A DNA stretch of 64,000 nucleotides from Macrostomum lignano (taxonomy: Eukaryota). Below, one piece after another: positions 38,055 through 49,009 of this stretch. The stretch lies in assembly GCA_002269645.1 (NCBI GenBank), contig NIVC01002818.1, positions 1 to 64,000 of the forward strand. Reading direction: 5' to 3'. The stretch's first letter is position 1. Each line of letters starts with the position of its first letter. The translations under genes were made by a program, and so were the position numbers. A model generated the notes under the pieces. The model saw nothing but the letters and a program-made list of their open reading frames with translations. It did no database searches and had not been told where the DNA came from.

Positions 38055-41000
38055 TCACAGCAGCATGTCGGCAAAGTACTGATCGAACTCCTCCTCTCTG
38101 AAAGCGGATTTGAAAGGCGAAGAAACTGCAGTGAGAAACCTCGGTTTCCATGGCAGAGACCAGCTAGGCTGCAGGCATTTCCACCGCCCCCCCCCCTCAG
38201 AGACCAGCTAAGCTGCAGGCATTTCCACCGCCCCCCCCTCAGAGACCAGCTAAGCTGCAGGCATTTCCACCTGCCCCACCTCAGAGACCAGCTAAATTGC
38301 AGGCATTCCCACCTGCCCCCCCCAGAGACCAGCTAAGCTGCAGGCATTTCCACCTGCCCCCCCTCAGAGACCAGCTAAGCTGCAGGCATTTCCACCTGCC
38401 CCCCCTCAGAGACCAGCTAAGCTGCAGGCATTTCCACCTGCCCCCCCTCAGAGACCAGCTAAGCTGCAGGCATTTCCACCTGCCCCACCTCAGAGACCAG
38501 CTAAGCTGCAGGCATTTCCACCTGCCCCCCCTTAGAGACCAGCTAAGCTGCAGGCATTTCCACCTGCCCCCCCTCAGAGACCAGCTAAGCTGCAGGCATT
38601 TCCACCTGCCCCCCCCCTCAGAGACCAGCTAAGCTGCACAAAATCCACACCTGGACGCGCCCTCATCTTCCACAGCCGGAGCTGGTTGTCGCCAAATTTC
38701 ACTCGCGTCAGCCGCTACCGCGTCTCCGGGCGGCTCCGCTGCTGCCTGCTGCTGCTCTGCTGCCTGCCGGATGGCGCGGATCCCCGCCAGGACTTCGTCC
38801 TCAGCCTCCGTATCGGCGGCTGCGTCAGCTTCGGCTTTGGGTTGCAGCGGCTGCGTTGCCGACTCGGAAAGACGCTGCCGCTTGGCCTCGCGTCTGCGGT
38901 GCCTTCGGGTTCGGCATGCGGCGGGTGCGATGGGTTAGGGTGCCGAGGTGATGATGGCGAGGTGATGATGCTGAGGTGATGATGCTGAGGTGATGACACT
39001 AAGGTGATGATGCTGAGGAAGGGATGCTGAGGTGAGGATGCTGAGGTGATGACACTGAGGTGATGATGCTGAGGTGATGATGCCGAGGCTGAGGTGATGA
39101 TGCCGAGGTGATAATGGCGAGGTGATGATGCTGAGGTGATGATGCCGAGGTGATAATGGCGAGGTGATGATGCTGAGGTGATGATGCTGAGGTGAGGATG
39201 CTGAGGTGAGGATGCTGAGGTGATGATGCTGAGGTGATGATGCTGAGGTGATGATGCTGAGGTGAGGATGCTGAGGTGATGACACTGAGGTGATGATGCT
39301 GAGGTGATGATGCCGAGGCTGAGGTGATGATGCCGAGGTGATAATGGCGAGGTGATGATGCTGAGGTGATGATGCCGAGGTGATAATGGCGAGGTGATGA
39401 TGCTGAGGTGATGATGCTGAGGTGAGGATGCTGAGGTGAGGATGCTGAGGTGATGATGCTGAGGTGATGATGCTGAGGTGATGATGCTGAGGTGTTGATG
39501 CTGAGGTGATGATGATGAGGTGATGAGTTAATTAATTTAAGGTGATGCTAACCAAAGGTAAAGATTTGAGCAGACTAGTTAATGACGCTGAGCAGCTGCA
39601 CCTGTCAATCACTCACTTTTTCTTATAGTTGAGCCGTGCCGAGCAGTCCGGGCAGAGGCGCAGCTTCACCAGCGCATTTTTTGTTTCTCCGCCCTCGGTG
39701 TAGCGAAAGTTCACCTCCCAGCTGACCAGGCCGTCAGCCTGCGGACGGTGAAAATTAGTTCCAATGATTACAGCTAGCTTCCATGGTGATGAAGAAACAA
39801 GAAGGCTGGGATGGGGGGGTCGATTTCACAAGCCCGAAACTTCCTATCGTGGAATTCGAGTTGAGTTAACAAAAAATGACAGCAGTACACATGACCAGAG
39901 GTGAGGATGCTGAGGTGAGGATGCTGAGGTGAAGATGCTGAGGTGAAGATGCTGAGGTGAGGATGCTGAGATGAGGATGCTGAGGTGAGGATATTGAGGT
40001 GAAGATGCCCTAGTGAGGATGTTGAGGTGAAGATGCCCTAGTGAGGATGTTGAGGTGAAGATGCTGAGGTGAGGATTCCCTAGTGATGATGCTGGGAGGG
40101 TGCTAAGTTAGAGATTCTGAGGTGGTCTTAACCACAGCTGTGAGCAGCCTCATAGCGAGGCACTCACCTGCTCGCAGCGCTTCCCGCCGCAGGCGAACTG
40201 CCCCCTGCCGGACAGAACCTCAGCCTCTGTGCGCCATCGCAGGCCGACCCGGCCCTCCTTGTAGCCCCTCAGGTCGGCAATGCAGTACTCCTTGTACAGC
40301 TTGTCCCAGTAGCGCTTGGCGAGCCGCTGCTCCCAGCTACCGGCCTCTTCGGAGCCGCCGTCCCACACGAACCGGTGGTGCTCCCTGATGATGTCGATGT
40401 CTCGCTTGTCGCGCGAGGCGTCCCTTTTGAAGTCAGCGTAGCTGCCGCCGAAGTACCTGGAAATTGGATGGCGCAGATGGGGCCTTTGATCTAAGCTCCG
40501 TGCATGGACCTGTGCTCACCGGAGCCGCGCCTGCGACACCAGCCGAAACCCGAATCCCGATTGGACGATTGGCTTTGATTTTGAGGATAAGGGAGGGTGC
40601 TGACACCCGACTTGAAGACAAGGGAGGCAAAGCTGCTGATTACTGCGAGCTTAGTCAATTAACAGTGGGCTATGCAAGTTAAGCAGAGATGGCTATGGTT
40701 AGTACGCAGCTGAATAGGCTGCTTGTTTACCAGCATGCGGACGGCTACCTGATGTAGTTGTTCACCAGCATCTTGTGCCTCGAATAGGCGTCCATCGCCA
40801 GCAGCTGCTGCCTCCGAGCGCCGGCCTCTTCTCGACAGGCACCGTCGGCGACTGCCACGCCGCCGCTCCGCCGCGGTGCACCAAAGCCGGATGTTGACGA
40901 GGCAGCAGCTGCCCTTGCCTCATCGCGGGGACGCGAGCGCTTCCGGTTGGACACCGAAGCGAGCCGCACGGAGGCGGCGTCCTCCGAGGCTGCCTGGCTG

Positions 41001-41074
41001 ACGGAGTCCTCGAAACCGAAGTCCGACTGCCAGTCATCGGGCCCGACGTCGTTCGCCGTTGGCAACGGCTCGGC
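38055..41074 (-). CDS. FRA10AC1: FRA10AC1 homologue (splicing-associated); exons 41074-40749, 40456-40168, 39738-39617, 38902-38651, 38097-38055; no genomic ATG found
   Basis: Recognised motifs LLAMDAYSRH, DIIREHHRFVW, WEQRLAKRYWDKLYKEYCIADL, LRWRTEAEVLSGRGQFACG, WEVNFRY.E.GETKNALVKLRLCPDC and C-terminal EEEFDQYFADMLL*. Splice phases are consistent. The exon 4 acceptor could alternatively be 9 nt downstream, still in frame. Confidence 0.93.
38155..40090. repeat. FRA10AC1 intronic minisatellites: 42-bp (38155-38635) and GATGCTGAGGTGA-type arrays (38945-39525, 39897-40090)
   Basis: Tandem units visible between the exons. Confidence 0.9.
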
Positions 41075-41406
41075 CTGCGAAGTGGGTTGGGGAGGGGCGG
41101 AACCTGTGGCTGAGGAGGAGCGCAACGACTGGGGACGAGCGGAACCTGTGGCTGGGAGGGGCAGAACCTGACTGGGGAGGGGCGGAACCTATGGCTGGGG
41201 AGGGGGGCGGAACCTGTGGCTGGGGGCGGAACCTGTGGCTCGGGGTGGAACCTGTGGCTGGGGAGGGGTGGGCAAGAAAAACAAGTGGCTATATTTTCAT
41301 ATAAAGGGCCATCAAAGCAACATATAAAATGAGCAGAGCCAACAGAAATCACAAAGCCAAACATGCCAATTCGGGTCAGATTCAGACTCAGATGAGTGCA
41401 TCAGTT

Positions 41407-41412
41407 TTTATT
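41407..41412 (-). promoter_or_regulatory. Candidate polyadenylation signal (AATAAA) of the zinc-finger gene
   Basis: TTTATT on the plus strand, ~410 nt after the stop, followed on the minus strand by a U-rich tract and the FRA10AC1 acceptor. Confidence 0.5.
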
Positions 41413-41820
41413 ATTTTTTTTAACAAATACAGACAGCAAAATGCAATCCAAATATGGTTCAAAGCACACAGAGCGGAGAGTCAGAAAAAGCTACGAGCTG
41501 CTCATTGATTGCTTCGTAGAAACCGTGCATGCGATGAAACTGACGGGCGAATGACTGAGTGGTGCCGGGGCGAATGACTGAGTGGTGCCGGGGCGAATGA
41601 CTGAGTGGTGCCGGGGCGAATGACTGAGTGGTGACGGGGCGAACGACTGAGGGGTGCCGGGAGAACTGGAGCAGAGTGCAAAAGTACAGGACTGACAGGC
41701 TAATAACAGAGCATTCCTTGGCCTCGGCTGTTAGATAATCGAAAACAAAGAGAAGCGCAATACAAATAAGTTATAAATTAAATGTTAATTTTATGATTGG
41801 ATGAGCTGCTTTGCTAACTG

Positions 41821-44674
41821 TCACTGATCCGTGAGAGCAGTCCCAGTCCCAGTCCCAGTTGCTGCAGCCGATGACTCCACGGGAGGCGCATCGGCAGGCG
41901 GCTCCGACATCGTCGTCGCTGCCGCCTCCGAGGCAGTCGACAAGGCCGCCACCGATGTCGGCACTCGCCGCTTCGTCCGCAGCTGCTGCTGCAGCGAGTC
42001 GCTGTCCTCGCTGTCCGCGTCCTGGCTGAAGCAGAGCCCCGGCTGCTCCGCCTCCTCCTGAGCCGCCGCCGGCTTCTGCCGCTTCTGCTGCTGACGGCGG
42101 GCCACCGCGTGCAGCTCGTCGTCGTCCGCTAGCGCGGCGTTCTTCGCCGCTGTCGCCGAGTCCTCGTCGGAGCTGCAGGTTGTCGCAGCGGCAGCGGCGG
42201 CCACAGCGGCGGAGGTCCTGGCGCGCCGCTTCCGCAGCACTTTGCCGCGCTGGCGCTGTCGCTTCGCGTCCTGCACCGGCGACTCCGAAGCGCCACCGAC
42301 CGCGGCGTCCTCGGCGTCGGCAGCGGCGGCCCCGAGTTCGACTTCATCGTCCGCTCGCCGATCCGAGGCGGTCGAGTCCAGCGAGGACGAAATCGAGCGG
42401 CGCTGCGGCTGGCGCGACTTCCGCTTGAGACTCGCCGACGACCCCTGCTGGGCCTGGGCGGCCTCGGCCGGCTGCTGGGGATGCCGGGGCTGCTGAAGCT
42501 GCGGCATGCCGGCCGCGTCGGACTTCTGGCGTCGCCGGGCTGTCCGCTTGGTGCGCCGGTTGCTGACGACAGCGGCGCCGCTGCCACCAGCTGGTCCAGC
42601 GGCGGGGTCGGCGTCGGCAACCGGCAGCGGGGCCTTGAAGCCCGGTGGCTGCGCCTGCGTGCTGCCCGGACCGCCGCCGCTGATGCCGCCTTCGCCTGTT
42701 GTTGAAGCCGCGGCTGCTGCGGCTGCCGCTGCGGCCGCCTTCCTCTTGCGCTTCCTCTCGCCGTCAGCGCCGCCGCCACCGGAGGCGGAGCAGATCAGCA
42801 GGTGCTCATCGGCAGCCTCGCTACTATCGAAGATTCTGCCGCAGTTGTGGCAGGTGAGCTGCGGGTGGCTGGCCCTGCGGTGCTGCAGCAGCAGGTGCTG
42901 CATGCGGAAGGACAGGGTGCACACGCCGCACTGGTAGGCGTCGCTGGCAGGGTCGTGGCAGTCCACCTTCAAATCCTTCAGACGAACCTGCGGGTCAAGG
43001 AGGGAAAAGCAGATTCAATCAACTAATACCGGTAAATCGATTAATCAACCAACTAATCAATCAATTAATACATGTAAATCAATCAGCTAATCAGTCAATC
43101 AATAAACTAATCAGTCAATCAATAAACTAATCAATCGATTAATCAATTAACTAATCAATCGATTAATCAATTAACTAATCAACCAATCTATCTATCTATC
43201 AATCATCCAATCAATCATTAAATCAATCAATCAATCATCTAAGTAGTCGAATAATCCATCAATCAATCAACTAATAAGTTAATCAACTAATCAGTCAATC
43301 AATCAATCAATCAGTCATCTAAGTAGTCAAATAATCCATCAATCAATCAATCAAGCCCAGTACTCACAGAACACCCAAGAAACAAAGACTAATTGCCTCA
43401 CCTTGTGTTGAGAGATCACGTGATCGGACAGGTTGCGCACCTGCTTCTGGCACACAGGGCACTCTTTAGTCACCCGGGGCGACTCGTGGATCTGCTTGAT
43501 GTGGCTGACCAGGTTTTGCTTGCCCTTCAGGCTGGCCTGGCAGTGCGGGCAGGGGAAGCAGCGGCTCTCGGAGGTCTGGCCGTGCACCCGCTGCCTGTGC
43601 ACCGCCAGGAGCCGCTCGCTGCTGAACACCTTCTTGCACACTTCGCAGGAAATCTCGTCCCAGACCTCGGCTGCGACCGATTTGGAGGCTGAGGCGGGGA
43701 CAGCGGACGCCGGCAGCGGCTCCTTGTGCACCGCGGCCATGTGGTTGCGCAGCAGGTAGAGGCGCTTGAAGTGGTGGCCGCAGAGGCCGCACTGGTGCGA
43801 TTCGACTGGGTGTACATTGTGAAGGTGGACCCGCAGCCGGTACTCCGAGTTGAACTCCTTGCCGCAGGCCTGCGGTGCGACGGTTCGGGGGTCCGTTTGG
43901 GATTATCAGGCAGCCCAGCAACTGAGGATCTGGGAGGCTGGAACAGCAACTGAGGATCTGGGAGGCTGGCCCAGCAACTGAGGATCTGGAAGGTTGGCCC
44001 AGCAACTAAGGATCTGGGAGGCTGGCCCAGCAACTGAGGATCTAGGAGGCTGGCACAGCATCTGAGGATCTGGGAGGCTGGCACAGCATCTGAGGATCTG
44101 GGAGGCTGGCAAAGCAACTGAGGATTTGGGAGGCTGGCCCAGCAACTGAGGATCTGGGAGGCTGGCCCAGCAACTGAGGATCTAGGAGGCTGGCCCAGCA
44201 ACTGAGTAAATCAAAGCAGGCAGGCGATTTAACCTCGCAGGGATGCGTGCCGGTATCAGAGAAGCCGTGCAGGTAGTGCATGTGCTGGATCAGTTTGATG
44301 TGGTGGTTGAACAGGTTGACGCCGTCGCACAGATGGCAGCGCAGCAGCTTAGTGTGTTTGGCCATGACGTGGGCTGTCAGCTCGCGCAGGATGCCGTCGC
44401 TCTCGGCTACTTTGATGCGTCGCCGTCTGCTGCCACCGCCACCGCAGTTGAAATCGTCAGCGCCACTCCGAGTGTCAGAGTCGGAGCAGAACGGGCAGCT
44501 GACGGGGTTTTGAGCAGGTTGAAAATCAGTAACTCGAAATTTACAAATCTGCAAACAGACAGAGGCAGGCAGACAGACAGGCAGATAGACAGACAGACAG
44601 ACAGACAGACAGGCAGACAGGCAGATAGACAGACAGACAGACAGGCAGACAGACAGACAGACAGGAAGGCAGGC

Positions 44675-44705
<31 letters not shown>

Positions 44706-47700
44706 GACAGACAGACAGGCAGACAGACAGGCAGACAGACAGGCAGATAGACAGACAGACAGACAGACAGGCAGATACAGACAGGCAGACAGGCAGACAG
44801 ACAGACAGACAGACAGACAGGCAGACAGACAGACAGAGAGACAGACAGGCAGACAGGCAGGCAGGCAGGCAGGCAGACAGAAAAACACTCAGTGTCACAA
44901 ACCCGGCGGCGGGCTGCACGCTGGCACAGCAGAGCACCACGAAGGCCACGCAGCGGGTCAGATCGTAGGGCAGCAGCCGCCAGCGCAGCAGGTCCGGGCA
45001 GCCGAGGCCCCGCTCGTGCAGCTGGTCGAAGTCCAGCAGGCCGGGGCGCAGCGGCTCCGTGGTTGGCGGCAGCCGCAGGTCCGGGGCGGCCCGCTTCAGC
45101 AGGGCGTGCACCCGGCGCACCCGCTTGTCGCAGAACTGTGCGTAGCCGAGCAGCAGGAACAGGTCCACCCGGCGGCCGCGCTGCCGCCGCTGCTCCGGCA
45201 AGTCCTCGTCCTCCGCCTTCTCTTCCGCGGCTGAGGTTGGCGGCTCCACAACCAGCAGCAGGCGGAGGTTCGGCCACGGCCGGGCCAGCCAGAGGCCTTC
45301 GAACTGGCGGTCGGAGGTGCTGGCCAGCAGGCCGGAGACCAGCTCGTTCAGGCGGTAGTCGGCCAGGGCCCGCTGGGAGCTGCGAAATGGAAACATATGC
45401 ACATGGGGTCACTGAGCTGCTGATCAAGGAGGGCAGTCGAAAAGGTGCAAGACGATGAAATTGATGGAGTTGATGAGCGAGGTGCAGAGATGATGAAGAT
45501 CGGTGCGGATGTTCCTTGCCAGTCTGGCGAGTTGAGAGGTGGCATGGCACGGATGTTTGGGGATGGGAACCAAATTCAGGCCACGTGATTTCGTCGTGAT
45601 TCCACCCATCTCCGGATGGTCAAGCGCCTGGAACTTCCTCAAGGAAGGCTCGTTATCATTGCATGGCGGCTGGCGCAGCGTTTTGCGTTACCTGCTGCAG
45701 TAGGGGGGGAGGACTCACGACTAAAAGGTCGGGGGTTCGATTCTCGACCCACTCAGAACAATTTGTGTCCTTGAGCAAGACACTTAACTCTGCATTGCTC
45801 TACTCAAGATCTGCTGTTTTACACTTGATGAGATTTGATGAGATCCGGCATTGATAGAAGACTAACCCTTACCTGAACTCCTCCACGCTCAGTGGCGCGG
45901 CCGGCTCCTCGTCACCTGAGGAGCCGCCGACTTCCTCGCCGTCGCCCTCTTCATCCTCGTCGTCGTTGTCATCTTCGTCCGCCGCGCCGCCGTGTCTGTC
46001 GCGACGTCCACCGAAGCCAAGGCCGAAGTCGAGGCCTTCAAAGCTGCCAGCAGCTCCTCCGCCAGCAGCCTCGACGCCGCCTTCGGATTCGTGCCGCCGG
46101 CGCTGCTGCAGCCTCAGCAGCTGCTTCTCGTCATCGAATCCGTAGCTTGCCGCCGAGCCCGCAGCGGCGTCGGGATTGTCGAAGCAGTCGAAGCCGGCAT
46201 CAAATTCGTCCCACTGCTCGGGAGTGGCTGAGGAGGCCTTCACGTTCAGCATGGCGAGCAGCTTGCCGAACACCGAGGCTCCGCCGGTGCCCACGATAGC
46301 GTCGGCGTCGGAAGCGGCAGAGACAGCGGCGGTGTCGGCAGTTTCTACTGCTGCTGCAGCGGCGGTGTCGGCAGTTGCTGCTGCTGCAGCGCCGCAGTAG
46401 TCGGTGTCGACGAGGTCGGGCTGCTCCTTGACGAGCTGATCGACAGCCGCAGGCGAAGGTTTCGACGGCTGCTGCTCTGGCTGTAGAACTGCATCAAAGG
46501 ATCAGAGAGCAGTACTGCTTGGATTGATGCGGAGAACTGGGGGGGGGGGTTGAGAAAGCAAAATGGGAATTAGGACAGACTATGAGGAATTAGAGAATAC
46601 AAAAAGGGATCTGAAGAAACTACTAGGGGATTTCTGTGACTATAAATGGGGATCAGTGGCTTTAGATGGGGATCAGTGGCTACAGATGGGGATCAGTGGC
46701 TACAGATGGGGATCAGTGGCTATAGATGGGGATCAGTGGCTATAGATCAGTGGCTATAGATGGGGATCAGTGGCTATATATGGGGATCAGTGGCTATAGA
46801 TGGGGATCAGTGGCTACAGATGGGGATCAGTGGCTAAGCGGGCAAGTGAGCAGGGAGATCTCCGGCCACTCACTCGGCTCCTCAACTGTCAGCACCTCGT
46901 GCCGCTCGGCACGGACATCGACCAGCTCCACGGGCCGGAAGCCGGGCGGCGGCCTGCCGAAGCGCATGCCCAGCAGGCGCCTGTAGGGCTGCTGCATGAG
47001 GAAGGCGCGGCCTTCAAGGAGGCCACCGGATTCGTCCATCAGGCTGTCCAGCTGCCGCATGTAGGCGTCAGAGACTACGCAGAGGCCGCGAACGGGCCAC
47101 CTGGCCTGGTCCATGGTGGCGAAGGTGGCCGGGTCATCCGCCAGGTACTTGCCCCAGGTGGTGGCGCCGCGGGGCAGCGTCATGGCCGAGCCCACCTGCG
47201 GCAGGCGGTCGCAGCCGGAGGCCGGCTCGAACAGCTCGCGGCAGAACTCGAACGAGCAGGTGAGCATGGACAGGTAGACGGAGCTCGGGTCAGACGACTC
47301 GGCAGCGGCCAGCCCGGCCAGAAGGCGGCGGTCCCTGTCCGACGGGCGCTGCCTGGCGAACCTGGCCAGGAAGCCGGGCTTCGGGCGCACCAGGCCGCGC
47401 CGATGCAGCAGCAGGCTGGTGAGGTTCAGCGGCGCCCCGGCCGAGGACGGCGCCGTTGACGGCTCGGACAGTCGGCGCCGGATGTCCGAGTCGTCCGGAC
47501 AGCAGGTGAGGGAGCCGAGACTGCGCCGGATGTAGCAGTCGGGGGGCACCGGCTGCACTGCGTTGGGGCCGCGCTGCTGCGATGACGGCGAGCGGCGGCG
47601 GCGTCGGCGGCGAGGCTGCGGCATCTCCTGAGAGGATGAAGCGTCGCCTGCGGGGGCAGCTGCGGGCTCGGGGGGCGGCTCAGCTGGCTGCTCTTCGTCC

Positions 47701-47714
47701 TGGTCTGACGACAT
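41821..47714 (-). CDS. Large multi-C2H2 zinc-finger protein (~1290 aa); exons 47714-46874, 46488-45873, 45379-~44903, ~44498-44234, 43869-43402, 42987-41821
   Basis: C2H2 fingers CHLCDG...HMHYLH, CEACGKEF...HLHNVH, CGLCGHHF...HMAAVH, CEVCKKVF...HRQRVH, CPHCQ...HIKQIH, CGVCTLSF...HRRASH. Phase-compatible junctions. The exon 3/4 boundary is ambiguous (44903/44498 or 44899/44548). Confidence 0.82.
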
Positions 47715-47985
47715 TGCGCTGCGGGAAGGAGGAGGCGGCTAATGACGATTGCAGATAGGCTAATGGTGATTCCAGATAGGCTAATGGTGATTCCAGATAG
47801 GCTAATGGTGATTTCAGATAGGCTAATGGTGATTTCAGATAGGCTAATGGTGATTCCAGATAGGCTAATGGTGATTCCAGATAGGCTAATGGTGATTCCA
47901 GATAGGCTAATGGTGATTCCAGATAGGCTAATGGTGATTCCAGATAGGCTAATGGCGATTGCAAATTGGCTAATGGCGATATTGA
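43015..47985. repeat. Zinc-finger-gene repeats: (AATC)n 43015-43352, 28-bp 43912-44205, (AGAC)n 44556-44880, 20-bp 46650-46836, 21-bp 47738-47985
   Basis: Tandem units visible; one array per intron or spacer. Confidence 0.9.
45661..45830 (+). mobile_element. tRNA-derived SINE with CORE/V-like central domain, in a zinc-finger gene intron
   Basis: A-box TGGCGCAGCG (45671), B-box GGTTCGATTCT (45734), then TGTGTCCTTGAGCAAGACACTTAAC, which resembles the conserved CORE/V-SINE motif. Confidence 0.6.
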
Positions 47986-48179
47986 ACGGGCTAACACAGA
48001 TTTTACAAGCATATTTAGCTAATTTGAATTCTATTGAAAGCTACTGAATCTGCTAGACTGGCCATAAAAGCTGGAATTGAACATCCTGAATGAGTAACAA
48101 GACTAAATAGAACAAAGACAGCACGGTGGTAGGCAAGGAGCCTAATGAAGAATCCTATTTGTATTAATAATTATATATA

Positions 48180-48185
48180 TTTATT
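48180..48185 (-). promoter_or_regulatory. Candidate polyadenylation signal (AATAAA) of NDUFB9
   Basis: TTTATT on the plus strand, ~225 nt downstream of the NDUFB9 stop. Confidence 0.5.
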
Positions 48186-48408
48186 TAGTATGGTTTCCAC
48201 CGCGTACAATCGAATACGCAGTCGTTAATAGCTAAGATGGTAAAGAATTTCCTGTTTTTCTTAAATCTACATTTTTAAGCTACTAGAAGTAGTCAGGTGG
48301 ATTATTAGACACTCTTAGCCTACATAAAAGAAACTAAGCGATCTGATACGTTGGAGGGGAACTGTTGGTATCCAGCGCAGTCATCCGCACACACTGGGAG
48401 CTGGCCAG

Positions 48409-48885
48409 TCAGCCCATCGGCCCCGTCCACTCGCCGGTGTCCCTGGCGTCTTGGCCGTATTTCTGGTGCCAGCGCTCGATGTACTCCTTCTTGCGCTGCT
48501 CCCGCCTGGCAAAGTAGTCCGGGTACTGCGCCTTCTCCAGCGGGTGCCACAGGTCCAGAAGCGCGTCCGGGTAGTACTGCCAGCGGCCGAAGGCCACGCC
48601 GCCGGGGTCGTTGGGCCAGCGGAAGGGGAAGTAAGACTTCTTGGCCTGCAGCTCCGAGTAGGCGGACTCCAGCAGAGCCTTGGCCTTGATCGGGTCCTCA
48701 ACTTCGCGGTTCTCGTCGAAGCGCTGGCGCAGCAGCACGGCGTGGTAGCGGTAGTCCAGGCGCTCGTGGTGCTTGGCCCGCACCTCGTATAGGGCGGCCT
48801 TGTACAGCCGGCACACCTTCTGCGCATGCGACAGGTAGCTGGTGCGCAGGTAGGCTGGGAGCGGCGGACCGGGGAGGGTCGGCAT
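48409..48885 (-). CDS. NDUFB9: NADH dehydrogenase (ubiquinone) 1 beta subcomplex subunit 9 (LYR family), single coding exon, 158 aa
   Basis: SHAQKVCRLYKAAL LYR motif, YRYHAVLLRQRFDEN, PGGVAFGR, LDLWHPLEKAQYPDYFARREQRKKE; GC3-rich codons. Confidence 0.95.
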   Translation of the reverse strand: MPTLPGPPLPAYLRTSYLSHAQKVCRLYKAALYEVRAKHHERLDYRYHAVLLRQRFDENREVEDPIKAKALLESAYSELQAKKSYFPFRWPNDPGGVAFGRWQYYPDALLDLWHPLEKAQYPDYFARREQRKKEYIERWHQKYGQDARDTGEWTGPMG

Positions 48886-49009
48886 GGCTGCTCAGCTGAG
48901 TCTACTGCCGATTGCTCTTTCAGCTTGGATAACTGCTAGGGCTGGGATCCGAGTGCGGCAGCCGCTGCTGCTGCTGCAGGTGGAGAGATGTGGTTGATCT
49001 ATCAGGTGT

